From Sphagnum compactum (Eukaryota): a DNA stretch of 64,000 nucleotides. This document shows positions 25,296 through 37,080 of the stretch, one piece after another. The DNA is taken from positions 19,892,213 to 19,956,212 of the forward strand of contig OZ234493.1 in assembly GCA_965153455.1 (NCBI GenBank), written 5' to 3'. Every line of letters begins with the position of its first letter. The stretch's first letter is position 1. The position numbers were made by a program, and so were the translations under genes. The notes beneath the pieces are model-generated. The model saw nothing but the letters and a program-made list of their open reading frames with translations. It did not search any database and was not told the origin of the DNA.

Positions 25296-27467
25296 TACAA
25301 AAGTGTTGTCCATTAAGTCAAAATCTGTCTGATACGCTCGCCACTACAATACAAAATTGAAGGAAAAAGAAAAAAACACTGATCTCTACTCACATCTACC
25401 CCACATCCCGTATTTGGTCATCTATCTGTGTTTACCACATCCAACATACAATTCTTCATTATTCTCCCATCACCATCTGTGAACATGAAAATGTGAGAGA
25501 CTATTAACTCTCACCACCCACACCAATCACTATATTTGGCCAATCAAAAACAGTTATTTCAATGTTCACTCGCCCTTGTGGAGGGCACTGTATGTTGATT
25601 GTATTTAGAGGCCCAAATCGAGTTTTACACTACTTGATTGCGGAAACTTTCATCCAATATATAATGTACAGGCCATTTTACGGCTGTGGGTGGAAATGAT
25701 TTAATAGCTCTGGCCTTCAAGGCAAAAGTTCAAAGTCATGAAAATGAATGGAATCATGTATAACATGGTTAGATAATTTGAATGCAAATGAATTTGATAA
25801 AATAAACAGCTTTTGCCCAACACCTAAGTTTTCAGTTGTCACCTGCAAATTGGGTTACTATTACAAGCTGAAAGTTTATCCCAAATCTAACACGGATGCA
25901 ATGTCCATCTGGTGTGTAGTAGTGAAAAAATATGGTTGCTTATTTCAACTCACCAAACATACCATAATAGTGAAATGATGGATGGCCTGCAATATTGCCT
26001 GAGAAAAGAACAACACATCCATGTGACAAAGGTTGATAACCAATATCTGTCAAATGGGCTAGCTATCCATCTCCTGTAGTACCATGGCATGTTCAACATT
26101 TCAGTGTCGGATGATAATTTTTTTTTAATTTTGAAGATTTTGTGTCAGAAAAAGAATATTCTTAAAAATCCTCTGTTTTTCTTCAGAAATTTTTTTTGGG
26201 GTGAAAATCTCAACATTTCTGAAATTAATATAATAAGTGTGGAAGTTGTCAAGATACTACAATTTCTTCTCTCTGTCTTTGCACACTACCTTGAACATCC
26301 ATGTTGCTCTCCCATGCTTGGGATCTTAAGCAAGATGGTGAGACCTTGAAATTGTTTAAGAATGCCAAAAATGGGCTGGAGTGAACCAGCAGCCACCAAC
26401 GCACCAATTGAGGATGAGGCCGTTCAAGCCATTTCGGGGATGAAACAGAACCACATCCTCTTCCCCTGCCCCAAGGATTTTTCAGCCCCCTTCTTTGCCC
26501 CAAAATTTTCCCCTCCTACCTACCTCTCCCCTTCTTTGCCTTCTTCTATGGTGGTGTTACAACGATGAAGGCGACAACAGCTGGTTACCATCGCCTTTTT
26601 CTCCGTGTTTGAAAAAAAGAAAAGACGATGACACCTTCCGTCACCTTTTTCAATGGCTTTGTTGCAAAAAAAGGTGACAATAATTGTTGTAGCCTTTTTC
26701 AGTGGTTTTGTTACGAAGAAGGTGACGGCAGCAATGTCGTTGCCTTCTTCTATGGTGGTGGTGCTGTGAAAAAGGTGATTGCAACAAGTTGCCGTCGTTT
26801 TTAGTTTTTTTTTTTTTTTCTTCTCTGGTTCTTTTGGTCTAATTCATTAAAATTGAAAAATAACAATGAAATGGTGGTTTTTTTAGTGTTGAAACTTGTA
26901 ATGGCTAGAGGAAGGAGACTAAAAAAAGGTGGTGATTTGGAAGCTTAAAAGCAAAATGTTGTTTCATCACAATAAACAATTGGGAAGCAAAATGTTGATC
27001 CATTACAACCGGGACTTGGGGAGCAAAATGTTGTTCCATCAGAACTGAGACTTGATGAATCAAATAATCTATGTGGCTTAGAGTTGACAATGGTGACAGT
27101 TTGCGAATGATGAGATCACTCCCAATATAGATTGGGAATTTTGATCGAGACATGGTGGGTTAGATTGTTTTAGAGTTTACATACATTAAATTAAATGCAG
27201 ATTAAAAAAATTGTACAAGTTTTTTAAAGTTTAATTATATATGTACCTTCCATCATTTGATGGAAAGTATGGGATTTTTTTTGTCAAATTTTTTTTATTA
27301 CAATACCTGAAAACAATTTGAATTTGCAGGAGTTATATGTGATTGTGTGATTTTATGTTTTGCAATACCTACATTCTGTTTTTGAACTTTTTATGTGTAA
27401 GGTTTTAGGGTTAGGATTTTTTTATTACAAAGTAATGACTTTTTTTTTAATATATTTCTTAGTTTAG

Positions 27468-28359
27468 GTCCGGAACTTGAAATCGACCAGGCCTCTCATT
27501 CACTGACACCTCCTTGTCCACCTAATATGGTTCGGAAGGACAAAGAATGGACGAAGGTTGGGTCGAAATGGAAGTGTAAAGTTGACACTTACATTATCGC
27601 ATACTATGTCAAACGATTGTTGACCAAACATTTGAAGGAGGTGTTTGGCTTAGTGGTAAAAAAAGTCAAACTTGGGAGGCCTTCAATTTCTAAAGGAGGT
27701 CTTCGACATCCAGACCATGCTAAAATGAACGTTCGCATCTTGGGAGATGCCATGGCTATGTAAAGACAGAATGATCAAAAGGTTATTAGTTGCGCTCGTG
27801 CCAAAGCCCGGCACGAGTGGAATAAGCTAATAATTGTTGCAGAATAATGTCCACCATTACCAAAACCAACTTTGGTCAAATTAGCTTCAAAACAATTGTT
27901 GCAGGTGTTGGGTCTTAATGTTTGGGGCGTGGGAAGCGTGCTTCAAGATGCAACATCACGTATGCAGATGGATGAAGATTTACAAGAAAAGATTCAATCC
28001 ACCTGTTTTGCATATGCACGACGATTGAAGATGGCATGGGATGTCAAAAATTGGGATTGAGTGTCCACTAAAGCAAATCGGACACAAGAGTTGACAGATG
28101 TATTAAATTTCCATGAATCTAGAATGATTCATGGAAGGTAAGAAATAATAACAATCAATGTTTATTATTTTTTTATAATTTTGTTTCATCCAAGGTGTGT
28201 TAAGGTTTAATTTGGTGGTTTTTGGGTGTTTTCTAGGGTTTAGGAGACAACAAAGGAAGAATTTGTTGCAAATGCAATTCAAGTCGAGATGCAACGCCAC
28301 CATCTGTACACTATTTGTCATGCAACAAGGTTGCAAATGCAATAGCTACTTACCGAGCT
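27468..28359 (+). pseudogene. Spliced pseudogene with a degenerate C2H2-like zinc finger, probably carried by a repetitive element
   Basis: One continuous frame 27470-28137 (~220 codons) broken only by three stops, bounded by TTTAG|GT and AAG|GTAAGA, with a further acceptor at 28243. Contains WKCKVDTY..AY..K.LL.KHLKEVF. Confidence 0.5.
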
Positions 28360-29109
28360 AAACACGGGATTGTAGATAATGATATGGTTTAGGGTTTTCA
28401 TTTTATATAGTTAACTAGGTTTTTGGTCATTTCAAATAAGCAATACATGCATATAAATTTCCATTGTAATATTTATGGGACTCATGTGACATAATAATCT
28501 AATCTAAGTATCAACAAATAATGTCATAATTGAGGAATTATTTAAAAATTATTTCAAATAATGTAAATGATTGATTATTATATTTAAATAATCATTTATT
28601 TTTAAATATTAATTAATTGGTTAATTGGTTAAACCTTAAGTATTCAGATAATTAAAAATAAATCTAAAATTTAAATATATAGATAATTCGATATTTAATT
28701 TTTTATGTTAATTAGATTTTTTATGTTGATAAGTTATTCAAATCATTATTTTAGGTAATTATTCATGATAATTAATTGTCATAAAATTAATTTAACTATA
28801 TAAAGAAACATATTTTAGGTACCCAAACCACTTATTTTGAAATGACCTTACATGTGGGTATTGCATTTAAGGTTGATTCTTCACCTAAGTTGTCGAAATC
28901 ACCTATGGATTATTTCAAAATGAACTTGTATGCAAGTATTGCATATAGGTTTTGGTTTTCATTGAAAGGCCACCCAAACTACATACTAGTTATTTCAAAA
29001 TGACCCTATGTGTGAGTATTGTGTTTAGGGTTTTCATATAATTTTGCAATACCCACACACGTACTTATTTTCACCAACTAAAAATTTGGCCTTAATTTTT
29101 TGAATAATT

Positions 29110-30260
29110 AAATAAAATTTGTAACAAAACACAAAAGAAGGTATGTCCCTTACCATTTGGTAATATTTTCAAGTTAAGTTCTTTCACTTTCTTTAAAAAA
29201 ATATAAAATGACATTGCATTGTTTTACATATGCTTAAACCCTAAAAATTCTGCCCAACATGCACCCTAGATTTATTTTAATTATTATACACTTGTAAAAA
29301 AAGTTAATTAATTTATATGTCCCAAACTTTAAACCTAAACCATAATTCTAACATTAAATAATAAATTTTACAATAAACCCTAACCCCCTATATCATCAAT
29401 GTGATCAATTTTGCATTGTGTTCATTTTTATATATGTTAAATCATACTATGAGGTGAATAAATAATTTTCAAAACATGAATTTCATGATGTATTAGTGAG
29501 GAGTCAAACATTTAAAAAATATTTTTATGTTTCATGGTTAATGAATTATCACAATATGATATCGATATTGCATTTAAACATTATGGAATTATTAAACTTT
29601 AACAACTATGGAACATATGGAAATAAAGGAGATTCATAATTATGTTATAAATCTAAACAAGTGATAAAATCAAAAACCAATACAATAAGCAAAGTTTAGA
29701 GTATAAACCTTAAGCCTTGATATATATGAGACAAATTCCTAAACATTAAATCATAAGGCTTAACTTTAAAAATCCAAATGATATTTTGCTATAAACCCTT
29801 ACAACTAACCCTAACTATACAAACCTTAACAAAAAACAGTCCTAGTGATATATGCCCTAAACCCAAAACATTATTCAAAACATACAGATTATATAATGCA
29901 AAACAAAAAATTTTAAAAAAACATAGGAAAAAATTTAGAAACCGAATTTTAAAGCTTTTAAACTACAAAGATTTATTGACCAGAAAAAAAAAACCTTAAT
30001 CTTAAAAAACAATCAAATAAATTTTGTAAAACCCAAAAGAAGAAATATGTCTTTTACCTCTATGTGATCTCTCCAAACTATTTTTTTCCACTCTCTTTGA
30101 AAAAAGATATAGAATGAAATTGTATTACTTCACATATGTCTAAACCCTAAAATTCCCCCCCCCAAATTTAGCCTAGCTTAGGTTAATTATTATAGATTTG
30201 TGAAAAAATTGCTAACTAATTTATGTGTCCCAACTTTAAACCTAAACCATAATCCAATAA
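29110..30260. repeat. Diverged ~250-bp direct repeat pair (29110-29355 and 30016-30260)
   Basis: Colinear blocks aataaa(a/t)tttgtaa...tatgtc..ttacc...acatatg..taaaccctaaaa...gtccc(a)aactttaaacctaaaccataat in both copies. Confidence 0.75.
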
Positions 30261-30529
30261 TACATACTTATAGTAATTACATGAAAAGATGTATTGTAAT
30301 GTCCATTCCATAAATAAATTAAGTAAACAAAATTTAGTAAAATATGCATTAACTAAACCAAAATGGCTGCAATTATGACATTGTTTCCACTATAAATTGT
30401 TTGTATTAACTACACATGGGGACCTATGTTCATCATCCATGAACTGGTGAACTTTATAAATTGATAGGTAGGATTGGGGGGCTAGGAGCTAGGAAAAAGG
30501 AATATGTAATTAATTAGGTATTTAGCTAT

Positions 30530-31085
30530 GTAAAAGGCATAGGTAGGTAGGTGAACATAGTGGTAGGTAGGAAAATGGGTGCATAGGTAGGTAGTTAGGT
30601 TAATAGGCAAGTTAATAAGTAGAAAGGAAGTTCAAGGAGCAAGGTAAATATGTTATTAGAGTAGGTAGGCATGTAGGTAGGCAAGTTAATAGGTAGGAAG
30701 AAAGTTAGACTAGCAAGGTAGCTAGGTAGATGGGCAAGTTAGTACGTAAAAAACAAGTTACCTTATAAGGTGACTAGGTTTGTAAAGTATTTATGTCAAT
30801 AGGGTGGTTGTATATAGGGTTAGTAAATAGTTATGTAACTAGGTCAGTAAGGTAAGTAGTTAATACAATGGTCATGTCAGTAGGGAAGTTAAGTTAGTAG
30901 GGTATGTAGTTAACAGGGTAGCTAGGTTAGTAAGGTAGGTAGTTAGTATAGTAGTTAGGTCAGTATGATAACTAGTTATTAAGGTAGCTATGTCAGTAGA
31001 GGATAATTAATAAAGTACCAAGGTTGGTACAATATTTATGAAGGTAGGAAGGTGAGTAGGGTAGCTATGTGTGAGGTCAGGTCTA
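30530..31085. repeat. Degenerate (GTAG/TAGGT)-rich low-complexity array
   Basis: Repeated taggtaggt, aagttaataggtagg and ggtcagtaagg motifs; related arrays at 32660-32820 (opposite strand) and 40010-40080. Confidence 0.7.
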
Positions 31086-33363
31086 GGGAAAAAACAGCCA
31101 AGAACAAACCAAAAAAAAAGTACAATGGTTAGTAGCAAAAAGAAATGGACTCGGATGAACCCCATTTGACATCGAATGAAAAAACATAGCCCATCTAGTG
31201 GATAGAATGGCCAACTAGTGCATTGGTGGTTGCTGCTTCACTCTGGCCCCACAAATGCAAAGCATTTGCACCATTTGAAACAAAGAGATTTTTGGCTTCA
31301 AGTTGTGGTCCAAGGGAGTAGGGTGCTTTGATAATCTCTACCTACCATCAAGATGCGACATGTGAGCTGTGAAATGACATTCTATCACTAGCACTATCAT
31401 CTTTGCCCTCCATTCTTGGCCCTCCGTTTGCCAAAACTCTCTTTCTTTCATTTTCACATAGTTATCTTGCTCTTATGGTTGGTGGTGTGAAGCTAGAGCT
31501 TTCTCCAACTATTATTGAACTGTTTTTATTGGCCTTGCCTACCATGTCAAGGATATTGTGTTTTAGATTCATTATAGAGTATAGTAGCTTAAGGGATTTT
31601 CGCCCCCAGGTAATAGGTCAATTTTTATATGAGGATTTTTGAAAGATGATATCTTGGCTTGTATTGAGACTTGAGATTAGTTATATAGCCTAGCTAGGCC
31701 ACAGTGTGACACATCCCGTTGTTTCATATAGGGTACCCCTATTCTTTTGTCTTTCAACCTTGAGTTAACCACATGTCTCAGAGGGCTTTGATATTTATGA
31801 TATTGGCAAAAATGCCACAAATGCAGAACACTTGTTACATGAAAATATATGAAATGAAGTAAGAGTGACTAGCCAGGAAGCCCTTTGTTGGTAAAGACAA
31901 GCCATACGATGACATAATATGAATTTGGTAATTTTCTCCAATTTTGTGATATCGAAAATTTGGCAATTCTTTTCCCAAAAAAATAGCCAAAACATATCAA
32001 ATTACATTAGAAAAACAAAAGTTCCCAAAATTTGGGGTCAAAACAATGAAAAAATGTGTTGGAAAAAAAAAACACTGGACATGAATGCTAACAAGCAAAG
32101 GATACCATTCACACATTCCCAAACTTGTTTATCATAACTAACAATTATATTGCAAACCAATTAATTCCACAATTGACGAGCTACAAAGCTATTGGGCATT
32201 TGGGCAGGGGAGCAATTTGACCATGTGTATGGAATTTCAAAAAGGCCTAAGGGAGGGGGGGGGGGGGGCTGAAAATTTTGGCTTGAGCTTGGGGGTAGAA
32301 ACTAGAATAATTTATGTCCCGGGATCTCAGCACATGAGATAATGGCTTGGGAATGAAATATTAGGTGAGAATTAGGATATTCCATGTCCTCGGATCTCAA
32401 ACAACGTAAAGTCCATTTTGTCTTATGCCCATGATGATGATTTTGTCCTCGGCCCTGGATGGCCCATGGTCATTTTGTCATGGTGCCTTGGGCCTTACGC
32501 CACCATGTCCAAGACCATGTGCCACCTTCATTTTTTTAATGCTGCCCATGAATGTATAAGATTCATTCCCTACCCAAACATCTTTCTTTTGTTTTTTTGT
32601 TTTTTTTCTTTGGGGTTGGAGGGTGGGGGGAAAAAGCAGGTTGGAGGGTTTTGATTAGCTACCAACCTACCTATATAGGCTATCTACCCTCCTACCTACT
32701 TGCCTATCTACCCTCCTACCTACTTGCCTACCCAAGCTACTTCCCCACTTACTTAGGTTACCAACCTACTCATTCTATAAGTTGCCTATTTACATACCTA
32801 TTCATTCCCTAATGTACTTACCCAAATAACAAAAGAAAGAATCGTCCTACTTACATATATATTCATCTATTCAAACATTTTTTTCCTCCTATAATTTGGC
32901 TAAATGTTGGAACCTATTCTCTAAATATGGCGATTTTGTAAAAAAAAATCCTCATAATGTGAGGACTTGAGCCTATTTTTTTCCAAAAAAAAAAAAAAAA
33001 AACCCCTTTTTCCTGTTTTAATCTATTTTTTCACCATACAAAAGTGCTAAAGGTGTTATTAGAGCATCTTCAGGAGAGACTCAGGCACCACCCCCTATTG
33101 GGCCCTCTACAAATATTACATCCAAGAGACAATGTTAAAATTTTAAAATTTGTCTTTAAAATTTTCCCACAAAAAGTAAGAAAGAAAAATAAAAATGGAC
33201 ACAATAAAAGAGAGAGACTATTTAAAATGCCACCACATGCGCCCAATCATTATGATGAATAAATCAAAGGCAGCCAGATTTTCTAACTAACCCTTCTGGA
33301 GGCCACAATTAAATATTGTGCGCAAATTTAATTATAGGGCCAAAAGTTCCAAACTTAGTTCCA

Positions 33364-33632
33364 CCCTAATTAAAGACTGTACTTCATCCAAAATTAGTGT
33401 ACACGTACAGTGGGCATAATTATATGTCCAAAGTCCAAACTCAATTCACTCTAATTAAAGACTGTACTTCATCTAAAATAGCGTGTGTAAGTACATATCG
33501 TGGGAACTGGGCACATTTATTATATTTGGCAAACTCAGTTTCACCCGTATTTAAAGGCTGTACTTCATCCAAAATTAGTGTATACGGTCCAATGTAAAGT
33601 CTGTGCTTCATCCACAATTAGTGTATACGGGC
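33364..33632. repeat. Degenerate minisatellite, four copies of a ~35-bp core
   Basis: taaag(a/g/t)ctgt(a/g)cttcatc(c/t)aaaattagtgta at ~33370, 33455, 33552 and 33595. Confidence 0.85.
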
Positions 33633-34494
33633 TATTACATTTTGCTGCCCACTGCAGTTTTCTTACTGGCTAGTGAAAAAGACAATTTAATAATTAAATT
33701 TCAAATATGAAGTTTTTTCTTTTTTTAGGGTTTCTATTGCCAGAAGGGTTTTTTTTTCAAATAGGAAAAATCACCAGATTGCTATATCTGCTTCTAGCAA
33801 GTAGCCAGAAATATAGAATGATGATTAAAATTTTCTGGTTCATAGCCAGATTTGGCTAAATCTTCCTAGGTGTATTCACCACTTTTTCTTATATCTTCCA
33901 GTGTTTTGTTTTTGGTCTAATTTTCAAAAACATTGCGAATTTTCTTAGAATAACATTGAGAAGCTTTTGCAGTTTTTTTTTTTTTTTTCCTAGTGTAAAT
34001 TTGACTGATTTTTCTATGTTCTTGGGGAAAAAAAATCTTCAAATTTTATATATCACAAAAATGTAAAATGAAAATACTACTTCCTATGAAAGATGACCAC
34101 TTAGGCTGCATTGAAAAAATCCGAAAAACCCCACTGATGCTCTTTATGACATTCTTAACAAAACTAATAGATGAAAGTTAATCCGTTCTAGTTAAAGTGT
34201 AGTGAAAAACCCAAGCCCACGGGCTTTACTGAGCATAATAATAAAGACTAAAGAAACACCTACTCCCAAAAATAAAATTCCCCTTTTGTTTTTTCTTGTG
34301 ATACCCGCCGGGTATCATGGGGGTAAAAAAATTGAGGGAAAAATGAGGGGCATTCTGTTTTCTGAACCACCCCAAAACAGAGAATATATATATGTATATA
34401 TCCTGGCTCACTAATTACACCAAAGAAATAGGTCTTTACAATGTTGGGTTTAGGGTTTCGGCAAATGGATCTATGACTTTGCCACTCAACTTAA

Positions 34495-34706
34495 AGTGCA
34501 TTCACACTTGGTGTTAGGGACTCTAAGTTTAAGTCCCCTACCACCATGCTAGCCATTTAGGACTTAAACCTAGTTGCCATGAAAATTTTATGTTAAGCTA
34601 ACATTCACTTAATATTGAGCTATGGCCCATTGAACATTGGGTGCCACCTAGGATGCCACCTAGATTTTCATTTTAACACTGACTTAACATCAAGTGTGAA
34701 TGCGCC
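34495..34706. mobile_element. Tourist-like (PIF/Harbinger) MITE, copy 1 (212 bp)
   Basis: TIR aGTGCATTCACACTTGgTGTTA...TAACATCAAGTGTGAATGCgCC; TAA on the left flank; homologous to 46835-46982. Confidence 0.75.
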
Positions 34707-36859
34707 ATAATATGAATATTCATTCTTTTTAAGTCACACGTGTACTCTCGAAGATTTTGGGTCTGTCTATCCAACAAGACAGCAAGAGAATAACAGAGAG
34801 ACAAACAGTGATTTTGTACTCATCCAGAGGGATTTGCACAGACTCTGTGTGTGTGCACAGAGGAGAGAGCAGAGCAAATGTGGTGAGTCTGACAAAAGAT
34901 TTAGATTCACCAAAGCAGGTTGAGGTCAAAGACTGGCTTTACAAATCATCTAGCTTTCTCAAAACAGAGCCATACTTCCAACAAGTTAAGTACAATCAGG
35001 ACTTGGGATATGAGCACAGTTTTGTCCTTCCAGTGTACTCCAATTTTTACCCTAAACCCTAAAACCCAACTTATAGAGACCACCTTGCAAACCAGTAAGT
35101 GTCACAAATTGATGTTGCTATGCTAGAAGCTTTCTGGGTATAACATATAAGTGAATAGCATCATTTCTGAGTCCCACATATTACAAAATTTCACCTTATC
35201 GGTGGCACAAAAAAACTGGACAAAGTTTTGCTGGTGCAAGATCCACCAGTGTCCCGTGGCTCCTTTCTCATAGTGGTCAAGTCATGAGTACATTTTCACC
35301 ATTGCTATTCCCCTACCCAATGCCTCACATTGCACCTTCATGATGGAACTTCATGGTAAACCTTCATCATGGGCAATCTGAAAGTGTAAATTTTGGATGC
35401 AATTTGCTACATTTCCTTGTTGCTGTGGCTGCTGTTTGTTTCTTGTGCCTCTGCAGGATTGTGCTATTGTGACTGAATCCACTCTGAGTTTGGTTGCTGA
35501 GCTCAGTTGTGATTATATCAAGTTCTATAGTTGTCTAAGTGATCTTGATGTTCTTTGTTTTGTTGCATGCCGCAGTTGTGACACTTGATCTTGTCAAGAG
35601 AGGAAAGTGGAGTCTAGAGCTGTACACCTAACTCTGAAAGTTACAACTTCTGATCAATATAATTATGATGTTTGTGTACTTGAGTTACAATTGACTTGCA
35701 TGAACCAGTCAGTGATAGAGCTTGTGTTGAATGCAGCGACAGTGAGCTGTTGAATTTAGAGTTCTTTCAATTCTGCAGCCATTTCCTTTTGGTCACACCT
35801 TAAACAAATTGCCCTATTTCTCTGCACACCATACTAACCATCTCAGAAAGTTTGCACTGATTCCAAATGCCCTTGATCTTGACCTCACACTTTACAAGAA
35901 AACAAAGGACAACCAGACGCCTTTTGATAGAGTATGGGAACTTCGTAATTTGGACATCTTCAGTCTTCAAGAACTATTTTCACATTTCTTCTGGATCTCT
36001 CAACTACCCAAAGCCTGTATAAATGCACAAGTGGTTCTTCAACCTAATCAAGCTTTGAGATTGCAATCAAACTACTGCCTGGCATCATTGCTTCTACTCA
36101 TTGCTTAATCTTTATATGTGTACAAGTAGGTGATCAACACCCATTACATGACCAAACTGCAATGAAGTTATTTTTTGATCTGCAACCCAGATGACATACA
36201 CAGAACCTTTGCAGCACTCCCATACCTATAACCAAATGCTCATTACAGGACATTTGGATTTGTCATTGATGAAGGACCCATGAAGGAAGCTCTTGACAAT
36301 GATGGGCAGAAGAAGATCAAGCACTAAAACCTTGTTCAGCTCAATTGTTGTTTAATTTGTATTGATCATATACTGAAGGCGTGGGTTTGTCAATAAAATG
36401 GAACACCAGCATTTCTACCTGAAATACTGATGGCGCACTCAATCTTTGGTCTCCAATGTGCTCTTGGCAACTCCAAAAGAATGGGAGGGCTAATGCCATG
36501 GAGGCCGCAATTGAGCACAGCCAAGTGCCACAAGCCACTAGTTGTTGCCTCTTCAAAACCACCTGCAACATCCTTTCTCTACTAGTGACTACTTGTGTTT
36601 GATTCATCCTTGAGTCCAAATATGCAAAAACACATTTAAAAAGTTTGATTTGTTCAATGAAACACGGAGCTCAATTGCCTAATGATAAACATACACACGC
36701 ATAGATGTTGCAATTAAAGAAATTTGTGAGGCTTTTGTGAATTAGACATCCACTCTACATTCAAGATTAATTGCCATGCTTAGGTGTTCGATGACCCCCA
36801 CATTCCAACAAGTTTGGTGAAATTGAAAACAATCGCAAACCATATATATATGTATAGGT

Positions 36860-37080
36860 TTCATTTTTCTTAGCTAAACCTTTACCTTTCGATGAAACCT
36901 TTTTGTTTGGATAAACTTTATCTCTTAACAAATCCATTATCTTTTCTTGGCTAAATTTTTACATCTTAACAAAACTTCTATACTTCTTAGTTAAATGTTT
37001 TTTACTTCTTGGTGAAACTTCTATGTTTTGGCAAAACTTTTATATTTGGTAGTTAAACCTCTACCTCTTGGCAAAACTTA
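36860..37080. repeat. Short-period aaacct/ttta array; inverted counterpart at 39390-39965
   Basis: Units like ttagctaaacctttacc and ttggcaaaacttt here, versus aaaggtttaacc and agaggtttagcc at 39.4-39.96 kb. Confidence 0.6.

Noticed and set aside
33364..33632. CRISPR-like repeat/spacer appearance
   Set aside because: The spacers are related to each other and uneven in length, the repeats are degenerate, there are no cas genes and the context is eukaryotic. It is a minisatellite.
34440..35070. TTTAGGG/CCCTAAA telomere-like motifs
   Set aside because: Only one or two scattered units; not an interstitial telomeric array.
35809..36620. Possible LINE or gene remnant
   Set aside because: No RT, endonuclease or other diagnostic motif recognisable.
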